NCBI GenBank assembly: GCA_016177405.1
Contig: JACOVG010000012.1
Coordinates: forward strand, 5,385 to 69,384
DNA length: 64,000 nucleotides
Direction: 5' to 3'
DNA from: Candidatus Omnitrophota bacterium
GTDB lineage: Bacteria; Omnitrophota; Gorgyraeia; 1-14-0-20-64-10
Shown: positions 55,901 through 64,000 of the stretch, in pieces
How positions within the stretch are numbered: position 1 is the first letter of the stretch
How the letters are laid out: every line of letters begins with the position of its first letter
Translations under genes and position numbers: made by a program
The notes under the pieces: model-generated
What the model saw: the letters and a program-made list of their open reading frames with translations, nothing else
What the model was told of the DNA's origin: nothing
The model's database searches: none

Positions 55901-56774
55901 GACCCTCTCGACCACCGACGGGGTTTCTCCAGATGAGGTTTTGGCTCTTCTTGACGCAGCGCTTGCTCGGCAGAAAGAGAATCCGAAGTCCCTGGGAGAG
56001 GTGGTGGCGATGGAGGACCACCTCACAGAGATGATTGCCCAGCGGCTCGAAGAATCGGCTGCCGTGGGAGAATCCGATGCCGGGCTGGAGGAGGCGAGGC
56101 CGACCCCAGCGGTGCGGATCCCGGAGGGGGATGAGGTGGTTGATCTGGGGACACTGGAGGGGGGGGAGACTCTTGGCTTATGGATTTTTCCGGGAAATGG
56201 GGAACGATCCCTGATTGGCCGGATCTTGATAGATGGAGAAGTGAAGGGCGCGGTTTTTCTAAGATTCCCCAATGAGACTGCCGTGCTGGGCGATATCCTT
56301 GTGGGTGAAGAAAAAGGGATGCCAGATCCGCTCCATCGAGGCAGAGGGGTTGGGACGAAGGTTATGGATTGGATTCTTCGAAATCGCATACCGCCCCGCG
56401 TGCGCCACCTTACAGCCGTTGTGAGGAATCCATACCTCCTGGCTCTTTTTAAGAATCTGGAAGAGAGGAAACTGCTGATGGAAGCCACGGTAAGCGGCAG
56501 AGGTTTGGACGTCTGGATAGCTGATTTCTTAAGAGAGCATGAACTGAACAGACTGCAGGATGAGTACGGGACCATTGACGTAGATTTTAGAGCGGGATTG
56601 AACTCAAACCATGTTGTTGCTGGCCCCTCGACTGGGCCCGGGGCCGGCCTGGAGGAGGCGAGGAGGGTGGAGGCGCTGTTCGCGCTGGAGCGGGCGGCCG
56701 GTGAAGCCGGCGTGCCGGCGGGCGATTCAAGCGAAAAGGCCGAGGAGGTTCGCGCCCACGGCGGCATGCTATAA
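46950..56774 (+). CDS. Giant multidomain protein 3 (3274 aa). Signal peptide, three tandem copies of a roughly 630-aa module, a charged helical region with P-x-x-F-[VIL]-x-x-L repeats, and a C-terminal GNAT N-acetyltransferase domain. Carries 3 [SAT]GLEE motifs.
   Basis: Signal MRTNTLAGLVRRFFALWLILALACPAPAYS-LRE. Module signature RFVPGGG at nt 48264, 50136 and 52098 (the third copy reads RFIPGGG). GNAT motif LHRGRGVGTKVMDWIL flanked by DAGLEEAR and GAGLEEAR. Confidence 0.75.
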   Translation: MRTNTLAGLVRRFFALWLILALACPAPAYSLRESQEDTTLDELPRALTGLEETPLPLPAASGNGDEILREIAEARRLAEGNTLDQNVTTIASVAVDGSEKSIRMSWQDGTWEDLFDSFSVAVKTYPLLRPLVPGPETVTEQVRQKIEEAKGLEIPVFKGDVGEFFLSVGSAARLKEELLVLGRKPPSRQELDELASSLREVLEEPRSGRTARQRLDALRAQAGEKERRSLEKAIQAMDEMVREFLADNETIWKAIAVLEKAVGGDLRRVPGGVAGDLLRPLTQRAGDWFLSGLLLRALLQDSPGEKTLEIEKIKKRLALMEEEKRSVLRYRLSRRADARALRAVFYDAYRLALSAALEALTEELSQADPADEGRAVDLEIRIWLMGFEALHLVKEEAATQAVWSSAREARPSAGPVNNIRRMTPSVGVLFLRPDGTLRRFVPGGGSFHAPHMVGYFTPTRFAQWYEPGDRIYLLANTLTGALALDQFRSYLESVNHLQAVFPDLPTPGLGIATEGGITLYHPRASAGDPSGWERICEPVASALSCYIEFFDQMHKAILNDDDKWRRKLARGQFGNRWQSVVRDAYPEKKYPGLLAQVAKDVTIQFGKRISNLRDVKSGELVYEIGFLEGQVNRIVGERITQGLLGGFFTEEKVSGLTDRPFPAPTPPGAPASPAVPPAETVQESPFAASADEREVFPAGLLQEAPPLTDPDPVRRLLDEMTGLAFAGGYLPDMVSTEYEDLERRQIRLVMDAGASRALPFLLVSLEFPETKLSPLAPEPRVGGRPVERLIVKRIRKEEASRIVEGMPGAAVFKEVIPKVQRLLDADAPPKEMEGPVKELLPALVKFLEQGGGGRGPMEQAAQRLETDPAFREVMEFLKRRLDVMMEGDLLNEELWRKRGKLEAGWARERIAAFRSRLSDPRIQACLDCDLEKLPLQGKVSYDLVAAPVADAEGAARQGELLALMERTDLKALRQSYVEALRLACWKKAMELQRDLETRALDYRFQRESLVTAMLALTLETGAVLSSLMQSQAGEIRANESVKRTRLATGIGVLLLNQDNSPARFVPGGGGMDLVHLMGTHYNRHSIRPWHEKGQKIVLCQLSFTGPPGMDQLAAFLDDWFYLQRGLDGNPEILLGVAAADGAMRVYRPSGPRLPAEDPVGWARVRDRVETVYGDHYNRFIDAFKKLEGSPEKGPDAALYREAGLHFRSRLLEALQESLPNPMPEQIMAKIEDRFGPDLDELAQDPRPMRVSSLLAKVKAAVSECLAAHLMESDLFVPVQVPGVTGRHKAAAGGALPAVVREILEMREKAEGGFLGPNVTAASASKLSWTEVRLWMNWTGSPEYPGGPVVLPFGSPAMRPLAPDLELLEPEVREAISRGKRWQVSRLGRDAGLKEMRGNPAISALEKLLLPFEKGELVQETEEDSKAAVKAVKERGEYAAWEKRLARDRSAPEKTKFKQWLREESYKELERILREKERKIRQKPPPKPRELLAASRAVLEYVPNKGRPDFRERPDLAPAISEAKILFEKILRLAQRIMQARVLLERAAPSGKVPAAPAISCLEPLMGDTEGWPTVSIKMRRQLENLKALSPESRVNLEEILQIVEEAREEAITWHTFLTFSRVPWAPLRLVYYDVYRSVLLDEVKRLELLAPETNGQELEWQSRAVALEIMHAELEAAFSSLLQRWARPPEEKESDQFTHPVEGSGLLVLDQALRPVRFIPGGGQFVGVTILAPYYDPIRVKEWTGEAGQAVYLYNTVSGWPAVESLDYYCAAARLFSAMYPGAALPWFGVAAPSGVRVYRPREDLASPSGLGRAYDPIAREEARFKRFTIGLDIRFLRISKEDIRFLFLARGQFLGELEKVLRDVFDEATVQEMMREVRDRLGQSIEALDPDEKNLDALGLAFARLVVSVRRLIGELAAPHLLDELFEEVQVDWEHPVQPLAIPPPAQAPPEQAVEREPETTAPAPLLLKLDDQAAEAGPPPQPMPGEAGGKPAKGSKGPQGEDVKLKAAAREIASNLAGLADAAGFRGRWVERLLAEKVRERLKGNNSWQPTNGIEPFRQVLVQGREKHHRQGVELAGAIGKCKTSEELERLKGQVDGLGDDEVDKLYEDKKRNIVHQGLAEQAVGDPVFQAWWPPNRIQAEALGLLKKNPGWTYEDLKSKLQKIRKSWEEEARQREEARMLAASERILEAAGKEPSLQGLAQERLGALAAAFLKEKPKGTPADFVAQLREMMSQEGQKKRGELKRLCLGKTQEAGVSLDWIFPSNLLELEADVYLDKDSSPSPEGFIAHLKELAKQRRWKELREIGIQANASEQFGLSFVQIEEEARGHVSAAPFTDWDQDQGAFVERLRERAAQLGEELRRDLIRRVSQAVRSALNPDYWGFEEGWLEAQAESWLTAVPLSFDPDQPEAFLRQVKLERLIREAQTAQELTEFSIPPDVVRQEAERLLAEQGIEEIKRTPIWFVDRLYKIYDAKKREEEAKKKGWAGRVGKATSSKELAELLSQPDFPEELRPVAENRQQLFLLVETARESALLRQAGFSDDELIQEAAQLLSGGEPVTPAGFVKRLHKIWREREALKRAERIEQLLAAAKADPPEGGWIFNGAELLERATGFLEFSGAREPVPADFVAQLKQEQARKKLEAEEKRVRTLVEAAQAASDRSQWPFSDAELEAMVRVFPGNDPAAFLAHLRRKIEEERVRKEEQKRREEQARLQGFLEGFNHINTERGWGVSPERALAAAQSLLRESPSATVDQMVELLEPASPEQVRQALSAWNQAADERVDFGNQEGAFTISATELLDPNLWYLTSHASVGVERIERTLEAARSNPDPEKGVKRLASVETFLEEFGQAINDLPLERGRKLDGLTPYSVFRERFMTGSDTPATRMEAVRQYLDVLKNRIRTIKQTALLRRLKEYLTGRWSIEEDREEPTASLISPDALIPLLVEDVNKGWTSLRAAKLLEAGKTFIGAHPWYPSGLLAMNVQTLSTTDGVSPDEVLALLDAALARQKENPKSLGEVVAMEDHLTEMIAQRLEESAAVGESDAGLEEARPTPAVRIPEGDEVVDLGTLEGGETLGLWIFPGNGERSLIGRILIDGEVKGAVFLRFPNETAVLGDILVGEEKGMPDPLHRGRGVGTKVMDWILRNRIPPRVRHLTAVVRNPYLLALFKNLEERKLLMEATVSGRGLDVWIADFLREHELNRLQDEYGTIDVDFRAGLNSNHVVAGPSTGPGAGLEEARRVEALFALERAAGEAGVPAGDSSEKAEEVRAHGGML

Positions 56775-56782
56775 TGCCGGGC

Positions 56783-58078
56783 ATGCGGTGGACCGAGGCG
56801 CACATTCCGACGTTAAGGGAGACCCCGGCCGAGGCGGAGATCGCCAGCCACCGGCTGATGTTGAGGGCCGGGTTGATCCGCAAGCTCTCCTCCGGCACCT
56901 ATTCCTACCTCCCCTTGGGCCAGCGCTCCCTCTCGAAGGTCATCCGGATCATCCGCGAGGAGATGGATCGCTCCGGCGCCCTGGAGGTTCTTCTTCCGGC
57001 GCTTCAGCCGGCGGAGCTTTGGAAGCGCTCGGGCCGGTACGAGCTGATGGGCCCGGAGATGATCCGGTTCAAGGACCGCCACGGCAAGGAGATGGTGCTG
57101 GGCCCCACCCACGAGGAGGTGATCACCTCCTTGGTCTCCGGCGAGCTCCGCTCCTACCGGGACCTGCCGAAAACCCTCTACCAGATCCAGGTGAAATTCC
57201 GGGATGAGCCCAGGCCCCGCTTCGGCGTGATCCGCTCCTCGGAGTTCCTCATGAAGGACGCCTACAGCTTCGACCGGAACGAGGCGGGCCTGAACGCCAA
57301 TTACCAGAAGATGTTGGAGGCCTACCGCCGGATCTTTGAGCGCTGCGGGCTCGCGGCCTTGCCGGTGGAGGCGGAAACCGGCTTCATGGGGGGGTCGGAT
57401 TCCCACGAGTTCATGGTCCCGGCGGCCAGCGGCGAGGACACGGTGGTCCGGTGCTCGGGGTGCGCCTACGCCGCTTCCAAAGAGAAGGCGGCCGCCCAGC
57501 TGGCCAAGCCGGTTCAGGAAGGGAGCCCTTGCCCCAAGTGCGGCAAGCCGCTCGCCCTGCTGGCCGCCATCGAGGTGGGCCACATCTTCAAGCTGGGCAC
57601 CAAGTATTCGGCCAAGCTCGAGGCCCTCTTTTTGGATGAGGACGGCAAGGAGAAGCCGTTTGTCATGGGCTGTTACGGGATCGGCGTCACCCGGATCCTG
57701 GCGGCGGTCATCGAGACCCGCCACGACGATTTTGGGATCCAGTGGCCGGCGGAGGTGGCCCCTTACCCGGCGGTGATCGTGCCGATCAACCTCTCGGACG
57801 CCAAGACCCGGCAGGCCGCCGAGGATCTTTACCAGGGGATGGCCCAGGCGGGGCTGGAGGTCCTGCTGGACGACCGGGAGGTCTCCGGCGGCGTGAAGAT
57901 GAAGGACGCCGACCTGATCGGTTTCCCCATCCGGGTGCTGATCAGCGAGAAGACCCTTCAGAAATCCTCCGTGGAAGTGAAGCTCCGCTGTGAGAAAGAA
58001 ACCAGCCTCGTCACGCCTGCCGAAGCGATTTCCCTCGTCAAGAACCGTCTTGACAAGGGGTCTTCCCCCGTCGGATAA
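56783..58078 (+). CDS. proS: Prolyl-tRNA synthetase, short form lacking the INS editing domain
   Basis: MRWTEAHIPTLRETPAEAEIASHRLMLRAGLIRKLSSGTYSYLPLG aligns with the E. coli ProS N-terminus. Class II motifs. 432 aa. The ORF-track start 56774 overlaps the giant 3 stop by 1 nt. Confidence 0.9.
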   Translation: MRWTEAHIPTLRETPAEAEIASHRLMLRAGLIRKLSSGTYSYLPLGQRSLSKVIRIIREEMDRSGALEVLLPALQPAELWKRSGRYELMGPEMIRFKDRHGKEMVLGPTHEEVITSLVSGELRSYRDLPKTLYQIQVKFRDEPRPRFGVIRSSEFLMKDAYSFDRNEAGLNANYQKMLEAYRRIFERCGLAALPVEAETGFMGGSDSHEFMVPAASGEDTVVRCSGCAYAASKEKAAAQLAKPVQEGSPCPKCGKPLALLAAIEVGHIFKLGTKYSAKLEALFLDEDGKEKPFVMGCYGIGVTRILAAVIETRHDDFGIQWPAEVAPYPAVIVPINLSDAKTRQAAEDLYQGMAQAGLEVLLDDREVSGGVKMKDADLIGFPIRVLISEKTLQKSSVEVKLRCEKETSLVTPAEAISLVKNRLDKGSSPVG

Positions 58079-58121
58079 TACCCTTACATCTAGAGGAGGA
58101 CCGCCCATCCGGCGGTAACCC

Positions 58122-58150
58122 AAGTGGGAGCTTTGCGTCCCACTTTTTTG
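58122..58150 (+). terminator. Rho-independent terminator after proS
   Basis: AAGTGGGA-gctttgcg-TCCCACTT followed by a TTTTTTG run. Confidence 0.75.
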
Positions 58151-58169
58151 TTCTAGGAAAGAGTGAAGG

Positions 58170-58637
58170 ATGTTCGATCAAGAAGCGATCATCGAGAGGG
58201 TCAAGGCGCTCGTGGCGCCGCTTTTGGCCGGCCGCCGGGCCGATCTGGTGGAGCTCACCTATCGCTTTGAGGGCTCCCGGATGGTCCTGCGGTTTCTGGT
58301 GGACACGGCGCGGGGGATCACCCTGGACGAGCTGGGCCGCTTGAACCAGGCGATCGGCGCCCTGCTGGACGAGCGCGACGCGATCCCCTCGGCCTACGTG
58401 CTGGAGGTGAGCTCGCCGGGGCTGGACCGGCCGCTTAAGACGCCACTCGACTTTGAGCGGATGATCGGCCGGCGGATCAAGGTGAGCACGGCGGTTCCTG
58501 TAGCCGGCCGGCGGGAGCTGGCCGGAGAGCTGGTCAACGCCAACGAGGAGGCGATTCAACTGAAGCTGGACAACGGCGAAAAAACGCGAATTCTTCTTAC
58601 CGAGGTGGTCCGCGCCGTGCAGGACGTGGAGATCTGA
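58170..58637 (+). CDS. rimP: Ribosome maturation factor RimP
   Basis: LVELTYRFEGSRMVLRFLVD...LEVSSPGLDRPL. Upstream of nusA. RBS GAAGGA. Confidence 0.9.
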   Translation: MFDQEAIIERVKALVAPLLAGRRADLVELTYRFEGSRMVLRFLVDTARGITLDELGRLNQAIGALLDERDAIPSAYVLEVSSPGLDRPLKTPLDFERMIGRRIKVSTAVPVAGRRELAGELVNANEEAIQLKLDNGEKTRILLTEVVRAVQDVEI

Positions 58638-58653
58638 TGGGGGCGGCCTTAAG

Positions 58654-59856
58654 GTGAACGCGGAATTCTTGGCGGTCATTGACCAGATGACCCGGGAGAA
58701 GGGGATCGACCGGGAGGTGGTGCTGGAGGCGGTGGAGTCGGCCTTGGCCTCCGCCGCCCGCAAGGTGGTGGGCCCCGAGGGGGGCGAGGTCTCGGTCAAG
58801 ATCGACCGGACGACCGGCGCCATCAAGATCTTCTCGGGCGATCAGGAGCTTTCCGGGGCGGGCCTGGGCCGGATCGCGGCCCAGACCGCCAAGCAGGTGA
58901 TCATCCAGAAGCTTCGGGGGGCCGAGCGGGAGGTGGTTTACCACGAGTTTTCTCACCGCGCCGGCACCCTGATCAGCGGCACCATGCACCGCTTCGAGCG
59001 GGGCGCCGTGATCGTGGATCTGGGCAAGACCGAGGCGATTCTCCCCAAGCGGGAACAGTCTCCCAAGGAGAGCTTCCGCCCCGGCGACCGGATCCGGGCC
59101 TACTGCCTGGAGGTCAGCAAGGCGGCCAAGGGGCCGCAGGTGATTCTCTCCCGCGTCCACCCCTTGCTGGTGAATGAGCTCTTCAAGCTGGAGGTCCCGG
59201 AGATCGCCCAGGGGATCGTGGAGATCAAGTCCGTCTCGCGCGAGCCCGGCGACCGCTCGAAGATCGCCGTCTACTCGAAGGACGAGAAGGTGGATGGGGT
59301 GGGGGCCTGCGTGGGGATGCGCGGAACGCGGGTCAAGGACATCGTCCGGGAGCTGCAGGGTGAGAAGATCGACATCATCCGGTACTCGCCGAAGCTGGAC
59401 GAGTACGTGACGGCCGCTCTGGCCCCGGCCCAGGTGGCCGAGATCACGATCTCGCCGGACAAGAAGCGGGCCGCGGTCGTGGTGGAGGACGATCAACTGT
59501 CGCTGGCGATCGGCAAGAAGGGGCAGAACGTCCGTTTGGCCGCGAAGCTCACGGGCCTGGACATCGACATCCGTTCCAAGACCCAGAAGGAGATCCTTTC
59601 CAAGATGTCGGTGAGCGACCTGGCTGGGGTGGGGCCCAAGATGCTCGAAGAGCTTAACCAGGCCGGATACACCTCGGTCTTCAAGGTCGCGCAAACGACC
59701 CTGGAGGACCTCTTGAAGGTGAAGGGAATCGGCGAGAAAACGGCGGTGAAACTGCTTGAGGGGGCCAGAGAGCTCATTCAGAAACTCGAGGCCAAGGCCC
59801 AGGTTCAGGAAACCGCCGAGCCCGAGCCCGAAAAGAAGGAGGCCGCCGGGGAATAA
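58654..59856 (+). CDS. nusA: Transcription termination/antitermination factor NusA
   Basis: N-terminal domain [35 protein letters not shown]1 and KH domains. GTG start. Confidence 0.9.
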   Translation: MNAEFLAVIDQMTREKGIDREVVLEAVESALASAARKVVGPEGGEVSVKIDRTTGAIKIFSGDQELSGAGLGRIAAQTAKQVIIQKLRGAEREVVYHEFSHRAGTLISGTMHRFERGAVIVDLGKTEAILPKREQSPKESFRPGDRIRAYCLEVSKAAKGPQVILSRVHPLLVNELFKLEVPEIAQGIVEIKSVSREPGDRSKIAVYSKDEKVDGVGACVGMRGTRVKDIVRELQGEKIDIIRYSPKLDEYVTAALAPAQVAEITISPDKKRAAVVVEDDQLSLAIGKKGQNVRLAAKLTGLDIDIRSKTQKEILSKMSVSDLAGVGPKMLEELNQAGYTSVFKVAQTTLEDLLKVKGIGEKTAVKLLEGARELIQKLEAKAQVQETAEPEPEKKEAAGE

Positions 59857-59857
59857 G

Positions 59858-62290
59858 ATGGCGAAGACCTCCGCCGCCAAATCCAAGAAGGCCGTCAAGC
59901 CGGCGCCGGCTCGCAAGAAGCTTCCTGCCGTCAAGCCGAAGGCGCGGAAGGCCCCGCCGGCCAAACCGGCCAAGCATTCCGCCGCAGTTATTCTGTCCAA
60001 GAAGCCGCCCGCGGAGCCCACCTTAAGACTGGTGGGATTGCCCAGGGGAATTCCGCCTCCCCGCAGAAGGCCGCCGGCGCCTCCCCCATTTTTAGCGCCC
60101 CCTCTGCCACAGAAAATGGCGGATGCGCCAAGTTCTGTGGCGCACAAGCTGGTCTTGCCGCCGGCCGCGCCCGCCGCGCCGCAAAAACCTCCGATCAAGC
60201 CGGCCGCGCCTAAACCGGTCTTGCCGGCCGCTCCGCCTTCGGCTCCTCCGCCGCAAAGCAAGGCGGATGCGCCAAGTTCTGTGGCGCACAAACCGGTCTC
60301 GCCGCCTGCCGCCGCGCCTGTTGCGTCTGCCGCGCCCGCGGCGCCTGTCACGCCCGCCGCGCCCACGGCGCCCCCCAGGCCGGGTCCTTCTTTTCCCTCT
60401 TACCGACCCAGAATGGGCGGCCGGCCCGGAATGCACAGGCCCAGGCCGCATCCTGCGCCGCCCAAAGCGGAGAAACCTGCCGCCCCCGAAACGGTTCAGC
60501 CGGTTTCGCCGCCTGCCGCCGAACCGGTCGCCCTCAAACCCTTTTCCGTGAGAGTTCCCCTGACCGTCAAGGAGCTGGCGGAGAAGCTGAACATCTCCCC
60601 CAGCGAGCTCATCAAGCGGTTGATCGGCATGAAGATCATGGCCACGATCAATCAGCTTCTCACGGAGGAACCGGTCAGGGGGCTCGTCAAGCTCTACGGC
60701 TTCGAATTCCAGGCCCTGCCCACGCTGGAAGAGGAGATCGAGGCGGTCCATGAGATTGAGGATCCGGCCCAGCTCAAGCCCCGGCCGCCGGTCGTGACCC
60801 TGATGGGGCACGTGGACCACGGGAAAACCTCTTTGCTGGACGCCATCCGAAAGAGCAAGGTCGCCGAGGGCGAGGCCGGCGGGATCACCCAGCACATCGG
60901 GGCTTACCGGGTGAGCCTGCCCAAAGGGTCGATCACCTTCCTGGACACGCCCGGCCACGAGGCCTTCACCGCCATGCGGGCGCGCGGGGCGCGCGTGACC
61001 GACATCGTGATCCTGGTGGTGGCGGCCGATGACGGCGTGATGCCCCAAACGATCGAGGCGATCGACCACGCCAAGGCGGCCGAGGCCACCATCGTGGTGG
61101 CGATGAACAAGATCGACAAGCCGCAGGCCAACCCGGACCGCCTCAAGAAACAGCTGGCGGAGCTCAACCTCATGCCGGAGGATTGGGGCGGCAAGACGAT
61201 CGTGGCCCCGGTTTCGGCCAAGACCGGCGAGGGGATTGACCACCTCCTGGAGATGGTTCTCCTGGAGGCGTCCCTCCTGGAGCTCAAGGCCGATCCGGCC
61301 AAGCCGGCCCGCGGGATTGTTCTGGAGGCGCAGTTGAGCAAGGGCGGGGGTCCCACGGCGCATGTCCTGGTGCAGAAGGGGACCCTGCGGGTGGGGGATG
61401 TCCTGGTGAGCGGCCCTTACTGGGGCAGGGTTCGCGCCATGCTGGACGAGCGGGCCAGCCGCCTTCAGGAGGCCAGCCCCTCGACGCCGCTGGAGATTCT
61501 GGGGCTTAACGGCGTCCCCAAGGCCGGCGACTCCTTCCTTGTGGTGGGCGACGAGAAAAAGGCCCGGGAGGTGGTGACGCGCCGGCAGGAGGAAACGAGA
61601 AGCGGTCAGGTCACCCTGACCGGGCGTCATGCGGTGAGCCTGGAGGATTTTCACAAGCTGTTGGCGGAGGGCAAGCTCAAGAGTCTGAATCTGATCCTCA
61701 AGGCAGACGTGCAGGGTTCGGCCGAGGCCCTGCAGGATGCCCTCTCCAAGATTTCATCGGACGAGGTTTCCTTCAAGGTGCTCCACTCGGGGGTGGGGGA
61801 TGTGACCGAGCCCGACGTCCTCTTGGCGGAGGCCTCGGCGGCGGTGGTGATCGGCTTCCACGTGGGGATGACCCCCGAGGCCGAGATTCTGGCCAAGCAG
61901 GAGAAGGTGGATGTGCGGCTCTACCGGATCATCTACGAGGCGATCGCCGACATCCGGGCCGCCCTGGAGGGCTTGCTCGCGCCCAAGCTGGTGGAGAGCT
62001 CCTTGGGCAAGGCGAAGGTCCTTCAGGTTTTCAAGGTCTCCAAGTCCGGCACGATCGCCGGCTGCCAGGTTTTGAAGGGGAAGATTCTCCGCGGCGCCCT
62101 GGCGCGGGTGTTTCGCGGGCCGGACCAGCTGTTCGAAGGCAAGATCTCGTCTCTGAAGCGCTTCAAGGAGGACGTCCGGGAGGTGGCCGAGGGCTTCCAG
62201 TGCGGCATCTCGGTCTCCGGCTGGTCCGAGTTTCAGCCGGAGGACCTCATTGAGGTGATCGAAGTGGAGTCGGTGGCCCAGAAGCTGTGA
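59858..62290 (+). CDS. infB: Translation initiation factor IF-2 with Pro/Ala-rich N-terminal region
   Basis: [15 protein letters not shown] start, G-domain [24 protein letters not shown]. The ORF-track frame opens at 59756 inside nusA. Confidence 0.9.
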   Translation: MAKTSAAKSKKAVKPAPARKKLPAVKPKARKAPPAKPAKHSAAVILSKKPPAEPTLRLVGLPRGIPPPRRRPPAPPPFLAPPLPQKMADAPSSVAHKLVLPPAAPAAPQKPPIKPAAPKPVLPAAPPSAPPPQSKADAPSSVAHKPVSPPAAAPVASAAPAAPVTPAAPTAPPRPGPSFPSYRPRMGGRPGMHRPRPHPAPPKAEKPAAPETVQPVSPPAAEPVALKPFSVRVPLTVKELAEKLNISPSELIKRLIGMKIMATINQLLTEEPVRGLVKLYGFEFQALPTLEEEIEAVHEIEDPAQLKPRPPVVTLMGHVDHGKTSLLDAIRKSKVAEGEAGGITQHIGAYRVSLPKGSITFLDTPGHEAFTAMRARGARVTDIVILVVAADDGVMPQTIEAIDHAKAAEATIVVAMNKIDKPQANPDRLKKQLAELNLMPEDWGGKTIVAPVSAKTGEGIDHLLEMVLLEASLLELKADPAKPARGIVLEAQLSKGGGPTAHVLVQKGTLRVGDVLVSGPYWGRVRAMLDERASRLQEASPSTPLEILGLNGVPKAGDSFLVVGDEKKAREVVTRRQEETRSGQVTLTGRHAVSLEDFHKLLAEGKLKSLNLILKADVQGSAEALQDALSKISSDEVSFKVLHSGVGDVTEPDVLLAEASAAVVIGFHVGMTPEAEILAKQEKVDVRLYRIIYEAIADIRAALEGLLAPKLVESSLGKAKVLQVFKVSKSGTIAGCQVLKGKILRGALARVFRGPDQLFEGKISSLKRFKEDVREVAEGFQCGISVSGWSEFQPEDLIEVIEVESVAQKL

Positions 62291-63267
62291 AAAGGGTTCT
62301 AAGCGGCATGCGGCCCACCGGGCCCCTTCACCTGGGACATTGGGTGGGGGCCCTTAAAAATTGGGTCGAGTTGCAGAAGACGTACGAATGCTTCTTCATG
62401 GCGGCCGACTGGCACGCCCTGATGAGCGAGTACGAGCGGCCCGCCGGCATCGAGGCCGAGGTCCGCGGGATGGTGTCGGACTGGCTGGCAGCCGGCATCG
62501 ATCCCAAGAGATCGATCATCTTCCGCCAATCGGATGTCCCCGAGCACGCCGAGCTGTTCCTGATCTTGTCGATCGTGGTCCCCTTGGGATGGGTGGAGCG
62601 GGTTCCCACCTACAAGGAGCAGCTTCGTGAGATCAAGGGGCGGGACCTGGCCACCTACGGCTTCCTGGGCTACCCGGTTCTTCAAGCCGCCGACATCCTC
62701 CTGTACAAGGCCGACGCCGTTCCGGTGGGAGAGGATCAGCTTCCGCATCTGGAGCTGACCCGGGAGATCGCGCGCCGCTTCAAGTTCTTGTACAAAAAAG
62801 ATCTTTTTCCGGAGCCCAAGCCGCTCCTCGCCCCGGAAGCGAAGCTCCTGGGGCTGGACGGCCGGAAGATGTCCAAGTCGTACGACAACTTTCTGGCTCT
62901 TTCCGAGGCGCCGGAGGCAATCCGCAGGAAGGCGCAGAAGATGTTCACCGATCCCAAAAGAATCAAGATGACGGACCCCGGCCACCCGGAGGAGTGCAAC
63001 GTCTGCCACTACTGGGAGGTCTTTGCTCCGGGGGAGGCGCCGGCGGTTTGGGAGAAATGCCGGAAGTCTCTGTGGGGCTGCACCCAGAACAAGGAGGCGC
63101 TGGCCGAGACGCTCATCCGCTTGACCGAACCCTTCCGGGCGGCCAGGGAATCGTCCGGCGCCAACTCGTCCATCGACAGGATCCTCGCGGAGGGGGCCCA
63201 GCGCGCCCGGGAGACGGCCCGGGCCACCCTGCGCGAGGTGAAGGAGGCCATTGGCCTACAAGGTTAA
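62287..63267 (+). CDS. trpS: Tryptophanyl-tRNA synthetase
   Basis: Class I HIGH-type block PTGPLHLGHWVGAL and KMSKS. GTG start overlapping the infB stop, with an alternative ATG at 62308. Confidence 0.9.
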   Translation: MKRVLSGMRPTGPLHLGHWVGALKNWVELQKTYECFFMAADWHALMSEYERPAGIEAEVRGMVSDWLAAGIDPKRSIIFRQSDVPEHAELFLILSIVVPLGWVERVPTYKEQLREIKGRDLATYGFLGYPVLQAADILLYKADAVPVGEDQLPHLELTREIARRFKFLYKKDLFPEPKPLLAPEAKLLGLDGRKMSKSYDNFLALSEAPEAIRRKAQKMFTDPKRIKMTDPGHPEECNVCHYWEVFAPGEAPAVWEKCRKSLWGCTQNKEALAETLIRLTEPFRAARESSGANSSIDRILAEGAQRARETARATLREVKEAIGLQG

Positions 63268-63988
63268 GCTGGAGATCTTCGAAGGGCCGCTGGACCTTCT
63301 GCTGTACCTGGTGAAGCAGAACCACCTGGAGATCACCCAGATACCGATTGCCCAGGTCACCGACCAGTACCTGAAGTATCTGGAGCTGATGCAGGCGTTG
63401 GACCTTGACATCGCGGGGGAGTTCCTCGTGATGGCGGCGACCCTCATGCAGATCAAGTCCAGATCCCTTCTGCCGCCGGATCAGCTGACCCCGGCCGAGC
63501 TCGAGGAGCCGGACCCGGCCCAGGAGCTGATCCAGCGGCTGATGGAGTACAGCCGCTTCAAGGAAGCGGCCCAGTGGTTAAGCGGCATGGAACAGGGCCG
63601 GCAGATTCAATTCACCCGCCCCTCGGCCGGATCGGCCGCGGGCGCGCCGGCCCTGGAAGAGGAATATGTGGAGGCCAGCCTCTTCGATCTGCTGACCGCC
63701 TTCTCCCAATTCATGGGAAGCCTCACCCCGGAGATGGTCCACGAGGTGATCCGGGATGAGTTCACCGTGGAGGGGAGAATCGCCGCCTTGAAGGAGCTGA
63801 TTCAGGAAAAGGAGCGGGTGAGCCTTCAGGAGCTTTTCTCCAAGGCGGCCGGCAAGCTTGAGGTGGTGGCGACCTTCCTGGCCCTGCTGGAGCTGATCCG
63901 CCAGAAGGCGGCCCTCGTCCGGCAGAGCCAGCTTTTTGGGGAGATCTGGGTGATTCGAAATACCGGCAGCGTGGAGGTGGCGGGGTGA
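63251..63988 (+). CDS. scpA: Segregation and condensation protein A
   Basis: MAYKVKLEIFEGPLDLLLYLVKQNHLEITQIPIAQVTDQYLKYLE is a typical ScpA N-terminus. The next gene (probable scpB) begins at the window edge. Confidence 0.85.
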   Translation: MAYKVKLEIFEGPLDLLLYLVKQNHLEITQIPIAQVTDQYLKYLELMQALDLDIAGEFLVMAATLMQIKSRSLLPPDQLTPAELEEPDPAQELIQRLMEYSRFKEAAQWLSGMEQGRQIQFTRPSAGSAAGAPALEEEYVEASLFDLLTAFSQFMGSLTPEMVHEVIRDEFTVEGRIAALKELIQEKERVSLQELFSKAAGKLEVVATFLALLELIRQKAALVRQSQLFGEIWVIRNTGSVEVAG

Positions 63989-64000
63989 GCGAGGCCGATC

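Noticed and set aside
21518-56774. GLEE-encoding DNA repeats as a CRISPR-like or other nucleotide-level repeat array
   Set aside because: The spacing is irregular (75 to 6800 nt). Copies lie inside continuous ORFs, and flanking codons vary while the encoded peptide is conserved. It is a protein-level motif, and its DNA sameness follows from codon bias (GGC CTG GAG GAG).

Overview
This 64 kb window is high-GC (about 65-68%) DNA from a Gram-negative-type bacterium (KDO, Lpt, RseP, OmpA-like genes). Every gene I can support lies on the + strand; the long minus-strand ORFs are shadows of + strand genes. Genes are tightly packed, often with ATGA/TAATG overlaps. The housekeeping backbone is easy to recognise. 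It contains a KDO/LPS block (hldA-like heptose kinase, kdsB, pyrG, kdsA, kdsD, two PilN/O/P-like membrane proteins, an LptC/LptA-type lipoprotein, lptB, hpf). It then runs tig, clpP, serC-like, serA, purA, a membrane H+-pyrophosphatase, and uppS-cdsA-dxr-rseP-ispG. It ends with proS-rimP-nusA-infB-trpS-scpA. Three giant genes are embedded in this core: 21518-32872 (3784 aa), 32908-39597 (2229 aa) and 46950-56774 (3274 aa). A fourth large gene at the window start (ORF 19-3006, a GT5 glucan-synthase-like protein) carries the same GLEE hallmark motif. The giant proteins begin with related signal-peptide-like segments. They string together enzyme domains that are normally separate cytoplasmic proteins. 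Giant 1 carries GT2, a pfkB sugar kinase, a ROK sugar kinase and a class I/II PLP aminotransferase. Giant 2 carries a GlpX-type FBPase/SBPase-like domain and a transaldolase-like domain. Giant 3 carries a C-terminal GNAT acetyltransferase. Large segments match nothing I recognise. All four proteins are punctuated by a short motif [S/A/T]-G-L-E-E, about 21 copies where about 0.1 would be expected by chance. The motif often falls right after the signal peptide and at domain boundaries. I interpret this as a previously undescribed family of giant, motif-delimited, exported or membrane-anchored 'pathway-in-a-polypeptide' proteins. Other points worth a second look are a perfect 15-bp inverted repeat inside the 5' coding region of giant 1, a strong hairpin upstream of it, a three-fold repeat of a roughly 630-aa module in giant 3, a P-x-x-F-[VIL]-x-x-L helix repeat in giant 3, and a small REP-like repeat family with three copies. 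A near-consensus sigma70 promoter (TTGACC-17-TAGAAT) and a textbook intrinsic terminator after proS are also present. No rRNA, tRNA or CRISPR features are evident.
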